A stretch of 61,161 bases of DNA, filler included, from Platydemus manokwari (Eukaryota), in NCBI GenBank assembly GCA_037951405.1. It is 5 parts of 5 records of this genome, joined end to end, with 100 filler letters (N's around TTAATTAATTAA, not from the genome) between each part and the next. Parts side by side here need not be neighbours in the genome. Positions count along the whole stretch, not along the records: positions 47,612 to 61,161 come from JBBMOY011693622.1; 4 more parts are not named here. The stretch is one strand, 5' to 3'. A program made the position numbers and the translations under genes. How positions within the stretch are numbered: the stretch's first letter is position 1; every line of letters starts with the position of its first letter. Positions 53,640 to 61,161 of this stretch are shown piece after piece. Below the pieces are notes generated by a model, which made no database searches, was not told the origin of the DNA, and was given only the letters and a program-made list of their open reading frames with translations.

Positions 53640-54027
53640 AATATGATAGCATCTGTATTAAAAATAATTTGAATCGAGGTAACTAAAATTATTTCAAGAA
53701 TTTTAGCCTTATAAAATATATATTGTACAAATAATTCAAAATATTTATTAATTTTTAATTATTAGAAATTAATGATATCTTATTACTGTAAATAAAAATA
53801 ATTTTTAATTTAACTTTCTTTTTATTATAGGTGCGGACATAAGCAAAAAAATTTAAAATTTGATATGTTTAAACAAACGTCAATATATAATTTTTTACGG
53901 AATATTCACCAAAACAATCAAAATTAAAATATTTACATATATTTTTTAAATGAAGACAAATTCTAAAACTTGGAACTTTCATTTACAATAAAAATTGAAA
54001 CATTAAATAAATCACTGCATCGCAGAA

Positions 54028-57000
54028 TTATTTTCGTCTTTGTAAAGATTCCAAAGCTTTTTGTCTGAGACGTTTCTCTTCTTCTTTTAGAAAACTATCA
54101 TCTCGATCTTCATCCTAAAACAATGTAATGGAGATTATTTCATTTAAACAAAAAACAAACTTGAACAACATCACTATCGATTGATTTTCTTTTTCTAACT
54201 TGTCTTTGTTCACTTTCGTTTGACGATGAACTTGATGAAGAGCTACCTGACGAGGAAGTAGATGATCCTGATGAGCTACTATCCGAAGAGGAGCTACTAC
54301 TCGAGCTACTTGAAGAAGACACACTGCGTTTAAATTTTTTACTTTTATCATTGTGTTGGTCTCGCTCATCTGATCTTTTAATATTGGGTGAATTTCTGCT
54401 TTTTTTATTCCACTCTTTAGCTTTAACATTATCTAAACGGTCTTTTCGGCGTTCAACTAATCTTTCATCAGACGAATTTCGGCGATCTCTTCGATATGCC
54501 TTTAACTCTGGCCTTTCTTTCACCTTAATAATTTCTTTCCTTGCTCGGCTTTTACTTTCATTCATTCTATCTGCATACATGGATCCGATGTTGTGCTTTT
54601 TAAGTATTTCTTCTGATGAATTAGACGAATCGTATCGTTTCTTTTTTTCTGTATCTTTAACATGTCGTCGTCTACGAGAATCATCTCTCGGAGATTCCGA
54701 ATGACGCTTTTTCCTTTTGTCAATTTCTTTCACTGGAACCTCTTTGGGACTTTCAGAAGCATTTCCCCAAATTTCCTTTTCTATTTCTGGTTTCCATCGT
54801 TTATTTTCTTCAGAAGCATCTCTCTTCTTTTTATCGACGTGATTATTTCGATCATCCTTAGACGTTTCCTTCCGCTTCCTATGAGAATCTCTCTCGTGAT
54901 TATCTCGTCTTGATGATCGGTTTAATTCATTATCATAAGATTTATCATTTTTCCTGTTTGATTCTTTTTGTCGGCTACGACTTTGTCGTTTCCTACTTCT
55001 TTCTCGATCACTTCGACGAATATCTCTCCTTTCAACTGGACTTCTACTACGTCGTTTATTTTCGTCTCGTCTCCTATGTCTGCTGTCGTTGCTCTCTCCT
55101 CTCTTCCGCTTTTCCGTTTCCTTTTTCTCTTCTTTTTGAATCTCTTCAGAATTATCTTTATAATCAAGATTTAATATGTTTTTATCTTCGCTTTCTACTG
55201 ATACACGTTTTTTCCGACTTTCAGATTTTTCTGGTCGCCGATTGCTGTATAACAATTATTAATAACCTTATTATTAGGAAAACGTACTTTTCTTCTTTTC
55301 GTCCAGGAGATCTGTTTTCCTTTTTATTTCCATATCTATCTTTCTGGATAAATATATAATGATAATAAAATCGTAATAACTACTAACGTATTTTGAATCA
55401 AGTAATTCTCCTCTGCGATGATTACTACCACGATCTGGGGAAAGTTTCTCAACTGGTCGTCTTTCTATTGATCGCCTTCGATTATTTGCTCTACTTCCAG
55501 ATCTTCTCCTCTCGTGTGATCTTCGTCCACCAGAAGCCCGTCTTTCGTTTGATCTCCTTCCTCCGGAAAACTTTCTCTCACGCGATCGTCTACTACCAGA
55601 ACGTTTCCTGTCATTTCTTTCAACGGAATGTCTCTTTTCGTTTGATCTTCGACGAATCCGTTCATCGTTCCGTGGTGAATTATTTCGTCGTGGTGATCTG
55701 TCGCGTTCTCGTTTCCTCGGTTCTCTATCTCGATCCTTGTGGTCCGTGGGTTCCGTTTTAAGCATCTTGGCATATTTTGCTGTTTCATCTTCCAATTGGA
55801 TCTTGATTTTCGCTTCGTCATCCTTGAAATCCGACATCAAAACACATCTTTAAAAGAATAACTTCAATATCAGTTCACCGAAGAGAAAAATGCATATAAA
55901 CTGTTGTTCGCTCAGTTTAGTCAATTGATTTTACTAAAGTTTTTTTCAACAACATAAACTAATACTGTTTTTAATTACAAATCTTAGTTTTTTTTAATAA
56001 TAAATATTTCGTTTAAAAAGCACTGGTAAAAAGGGAAATTGTTTACAATTGTGATTTGAGAAAAAGTTAGCTTAATTGAACTCACCTTTTCCATGAGTTG
56101 ATTCCATTCTAAATCGTTTATCCGCTGACAAAACTAGTTTTATAAAGCAGTTCAATCGTCCAGGTCATAACGATCTGAATGTTCAAATAATATGTAAACC
56201 GAATATTAACTATTAAAGTTAAAATAAAACTGATCCCAGAAAATTTATCTCTCGTTCAATTTTGGGATGCTTCTAGTTACAATTAAAATTATATTACTCA
56301 AGGAAGATTATGAAAAACAACCAGAAAACATTGAAAAACAAATCCCATCACAAAAACCCTTTCTTAATGATTAATATCGTCTAATAAACACAATCCATAT
56401 TTATTGTAACAAAAACAGTATTGAGTTTTTTTTTTTACTAAAATAGAAATGAAAAATTTTCATTCAAAATTTAAACATTAAAAAATTTGATTTGATAATT
56501 TGAGATTTTTCTCTTTTTTTGTTTAATTTAAATTATTATGCATATTAAACTGAGACGGTGAACATCATTATTTATTAACCCAACCTCGAAGTTCTTTAGT
56601 TCTGTCAATTGGGCCTCAATCATATTAAGTGGAACTCCTTTATCAGTGAGTGAAGCTGATAGCAATATTTCCCAAAGTTCGGCTAAAAACATTCTAGAAT
56701 TTTTGGCATTTAAAAATCCAGTCAAATTAACTTGAATTTCCTTCGGATTTGGATGCTAAACATTGATTTAAAATAGATTTTTATTATTTTTGAATTATAA
56801 TGAGAATGTCAGTAGATAAAATATTACTTTAGTTTCCAACTGGTTAAATACGTATGCAACAACGACATCATCATCGAAACCTAACAACTCCGTTAGGCGT
56901 TTATTAATCCATGGTTTTATAGTTTTTAAATCAACTTTAGTCATATCAATCTAATGATTAGAGTATTAATAGAATTAAATAATTGTTCAACAACCTTGTT

Positions 57001-57149
57001 TTCTAATATATCACTAAATTTCATTTGTCTCATCAATTTTGATTGTTTATCAGAAAAACGTGAATCTTGTTCAGTTGTTGTACCCTTAATTATTTCATTA
57101 TTTTATCAACTATCCTTGTAAAATTTACTTTAAAAAATCCACCGTCCAT
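54028..57149 (-). CDS. SRRM1: Serine/arginine repetitive matrix protein 1 (SRm160), PWI plus RS domains, complete
   Basis: Exons 57149-57129 (MDGGFFK), 57084-56995 (GTTTEQDSRFSDK), 56950-56828 (IKPWINKRLTELLGFDDDVV), 56755-56585 (QVNLTGFLNAKNSRMFLAELW), optional 56124-56086, 55822-55388, 55343-55288, 55244-54161 (RS/RD-rich, poly-Ser) and 54114-54028 (EKRLRQKALESL..stop). All GT-AG and phase-compatible. Confidence 0.93.
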
Positions 57150-60100
57150 TGTGACCGATAAATTAATATCTATAAATTGAAAAATAGTTTATTATGTTGA
57201 TTACTTAAACAAATATTTGAAAATTAAATCGCATTGCTTTAACAAACTTTTATTTTTGAATGAATATAATTCACGTGTTTCTATATCATTACTTAAATAA
57301 ATCCTAATCGGCTTAATTTCATAAAAATGGTTCTTTAACCTACGTTCTTTATAGTTATTTTTCGCGTGTGAGCTAAATTTATAATTTAATTTAATGTACA
57401 TTTTTTTCAGATTTCATTTAAAAATTAATTTGTAAGAAAATTTTATTTTAAATAAAAATTATGATTTAATTATTTTATGAAACTGCTAATTTAATCGATT
57501 AATAGTGTATCTTGAGTTATTAATAGTTCCATTTGTATTTTAAAAAGTTTTGAAGACATCCATAAGACATTCAATAATACATTGATCTAACTTTACTCAT
57601 CATCAATTAAATATAAAGTAATACTTCACATGTTATTTTTATATTTATTTTGTAATTTTTTCTCTAATATTGTCTCATGTGGACTTTGAAATATAAATAA
57701 GGAGAAATTAAGATCTAAGAAAATTTTATACAATAACTAATTTTTTTCTATATTTGGCTTTATTTTAGAGATTTTTTTATGATTTTCTGTTATTAATTTA
57801 TTCAGATAGTCCAACTGATAGGTTATTTTTTGATATGTGGAATAGTGACTAGTGAATAGTTTTCTAGTTATAGCACAATTGTGATAACTCAAAGTGGTTT
57901 ATCAATGTTGTGTCATTATTTCATATTTATAGGTATTTCTACTCATTTATAATTAATTCTACTTTTATTTTTTAGCTTTACTAACATTGTCACCTTTAAT
58001 TTCTTGTTCCTATTCCTAAATATTATTATTTTATTCCATTTTTATATGTTTTTTTTAATTTAAAATTTATTTTTAGTTATTTTGTTAGAAAATTTCGAAA
58101 TTATTTGTCTCATATATTCTAATTTGGATATGTTTCAGTACCAAACAAAACGTCAATATCTCGTTAAAATAATATGATTAATAATAAAAACCGTCCATTT
58201 TTGGTTTGGTCCATTAACTTTGTAAAAATACCTTATGTCTTGTGAAATTGTGCTAACTGATAGTTTGAGTGACAGCTTATGTAGCTATGATTATGTTGAG
58301 GATTATTTTTCGCTTGTTTCAAACTTTTAATTAAACTCTTTTGTATAAGGCATAATCGATTATTTTGCAATTTAATTTCCTCTTTCATTGTTTAATTGTG
58401 ACAAGTAAACTGCAAATTAATTATATAATATTTTATTATAATCTTTTTAATTATTAAATTCTTATGCTACATCTTATTATTTAAACCCCACATTTTAAAA
58501 TATAATAGAACTAAAGGGGAATAAAAAAAATATAATTGAATTGACTAATTAAATTATTTTAAATCATTCTTTAAGCTAGGAGATAGCAAGTTATAAGAAT
58601 ACATTTCTATACTCACAGGGAACTTATACCGAAGTTTTGCGATTTGCATTGGTGGAAAGACATTACCAGGTAAGACCCACATTTATTGTTATGTCTTCAA
58701 ATCTAGACGCCATTAAAATATCACTGATAATTATTGTTAGTTGATGTTTTTAGTTTTTTAAGTTGTTTCAATTTATTTGAAAAATTGTTTGATTGAATTC
58801 AATTCACTGTTGTGAGTTGTGAACCAAATCCATAGAAAGAAAAACAAAAATCATTCATTGATTCTAAATAAGCAAGCACAACTAGTCTTCAAATCAAACC
58901 CGTTGACACAAATCTTGAAAATCGAGCATTTTGAGCGATGTAATTGACTTAAATTGAAATGAAACTAAATATGTATCGAAAGACAAAAATAATAGGATTT
59001 CCGCTTTTAATTACCTACTTCCGTAAAAATCCAACATCGTTATATCCTTTATTTAATTTGTATGTTGCTAATTATTTTGAAATATTTCAATACTTAATCT
59101 AACTGAAGCATTAAGGTAAAATTGGATTATACTTGAAATTATATTCAACCAATTATGTTTTGATTTTAGCTCTTTTTTATTATTTTTTAGTTCTTTTATA
59201 TTTTTAAGAATGAAAAAGAGGCACCAGGCTTAATAAAGTATATAGATTGTAATTTTTCTCCAATATATTTTCTAGACCATGTGATGTCTAAATTCAAATA
59301 TATATTGTCTCGAAATGGTTCTCTTACTTATAATATTTTATTATTATTTTTCTGATCTTCGTTGTTATTTGGAGTTTAAGATATGCGGAATTTATTGTTC
59401 ATCAAATCCATTTCATAATTTTGTTATGATAATTACAGAAGCTTAATATCCAAGATTATAATTGTAAAATTACAGTTTATAAAATAATCAATACACATTG
59501 CTCAAAATTGTAAATAAGAGTTATTCATAAAAACAAAAGTTTCGAAAAAAATTGTCAAATCACAATGGTTCTGCCCACAAAATATAAAAAATAACGAAAA
59601 AAGTTATCGGACTAAGTAGGACCGGTGCTTGTCCTCAAGAGTTGACTCCTTTTGTGAATTTGCAACCTTTGTTGAGCTGTTGTTTTATAGCTTTGCTTTT
59701 CATTTTTTCGAACTGTTTGAAGATTAGCCTGTGATAAAATTTTCTTCTATCTCTTATGTTATTGGTGTAACTGGATGTTAGTTGTTTGCTGGTGTAGACA
59801 AGTGACTATCAAAAGCTAAATCGGGGATTGATAGTTAGAATATATGATTAGCTAGAGACTTGTGCTTTTATCCGTGTGTATCCGATTTTAGAAGGCTGTT
59901 TCCATAGTTTCTGCTGTTATGTTTGATTGATTTTGGAAAATATTCAACAATTCTCATTCTAATTTTATCGAAAGTATCTGTTATTTGCAGCTATGGTTGC
60001 AAGTGTTGTTATGGTAATTACTTCTTATCCTAGATTTATAACGTAATTTTCATATTAAAGAATTATCAAGCAAAGACTATGATGTAGTTTTACAATAATT

Positions 60101-61161
60101 TCATGACAGCATATTAAAATTTTTATGACTATCAACATTTCTAAACACTCTCTTTTTATCAAGACATCTGGTGGCATTGTTGGGGATCTGACTAAAATAT
60201 TGATTTTTTAGTTTTCGTGATTATTGTATAATTTCCATCTGTCATTTAATTGACATGATCCTTAAATCTTTTCTATTTATGTTGTAATAATAAATGTTAT
60301 ATATTCATATACGGAAAATGGTGAAGGATTAACAATAATCTCGATAATTTAATATTTGATAATAAAAATAACACCAATAATAATTTATCATAAATAATCC
60401 CAATAGAAAAACCTTTAATCCTAATAATAGAAGAACATTAATTTGATAATGGAAAATCATTTGAATAATTAATGCCAGTAACGATAAAATGTCCTTCACT
60501 AATGGATTACAATATTCTAGCGAAAATCCAAACAATATATAAGCGAAACTCTACATCAAACAATGAAGCAGTTGGCCCATTTTATATTTACAAGCAGCGT
60601 TCAAACATTATTGCATAGAGGGAACGCAAAATATTTTTTATGACTAGCATTGAAGAATATCATTTAACAATTCTCCAATTATCAGAGAGGCTTAATATCT
60701 AAACCACAAGAAGATCAGAAAATTATTATTCGTAAGTTATTGCTATTAGGACTATCAGTCTAAGTAAGTATATCTTACAATTAATTATCATCATCCAATT
60801 TATATTCGGTCTTATATTTCATATTTATGAAGCAGTTGCTCAAACATCTTGTTCTGATTTTACTCCAAAAGTACGAAAGGGTTTTATAAATCACCACTTG
60901 CCATTATATCTGCCGCTCTAAGTTAAATTGTTATTTATTCAAAGTTGTAAAAAAAATAATTTTATTAAACCAACGAAGTAGTTCTGTTATAATATAGTAT
61001 CAGCAATGTTGGGATTTTGGACTATTAACAATTTAAAATTACAATAATCGGACAATCGTGATGAATCGATTTGTGTATCAAAATATAGAATATTATTAAA
61101 TATATAAAAATATTTTTGCATGAAAAATAACACTTTAATGTAAATTCTGGAGACTTTATAG

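Noticed and set aside
54351-55821. Multiple overlapping and antisense ORFs over SRRM1
   Set aside because: Shadow ORFs produced by low-complexity Arg/Ser/Asp codons; no independent domain signal.
57200-61161. Short ORFs and pseudo-coding tracts upstream of SRRM1
   Set aside because: No recognisable domains or consistent splice structure; likely old repeat debris.

Overview
AT-rich eukaryotic genomic DNA with very short introns (43-60 nt) and (AAT)n microsatellites; a free-living flatworm (planarian-like) is likely, but that is inference. The window is five separate contigs (1-10898, 10999-27658, 27759-38586, 38687-47511, 47612-61161) joined by artificial 100-bp spacers (N44-TTAATTAATTAA-N44), so adjacency across spacers has no biological meaning. 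Host genes reconstructed by hand from splice sites: the 5' part of an alpha-tubulin, an intronless GT92 (GALT-1-like) glycosyltransferase, a secreted or surface protein with at least five tandem Ly6/uPAR three-finger domains, part of a CUB-CUB-LDLa (Neto/LEV-10-like) protein, a partial CNOT2 and a complete SRRM1. The rest is mostly decayed mobile DNA: several Ty3/Gypsy remnants, Polinton/Maverick pPolB fragments, and hAT, pogo and Tc1 traces. The most notable system is the three-finger array (31930-38548), in which each domain sits on one symmetric phase-1 exon; the ORF track shows only fragments of it. Also notable are the operon-like SRRM1-CNOT2 spacing and two convergently fused Polinton polymerase fragments flanked by repeated MEF2/CRE-like modules.
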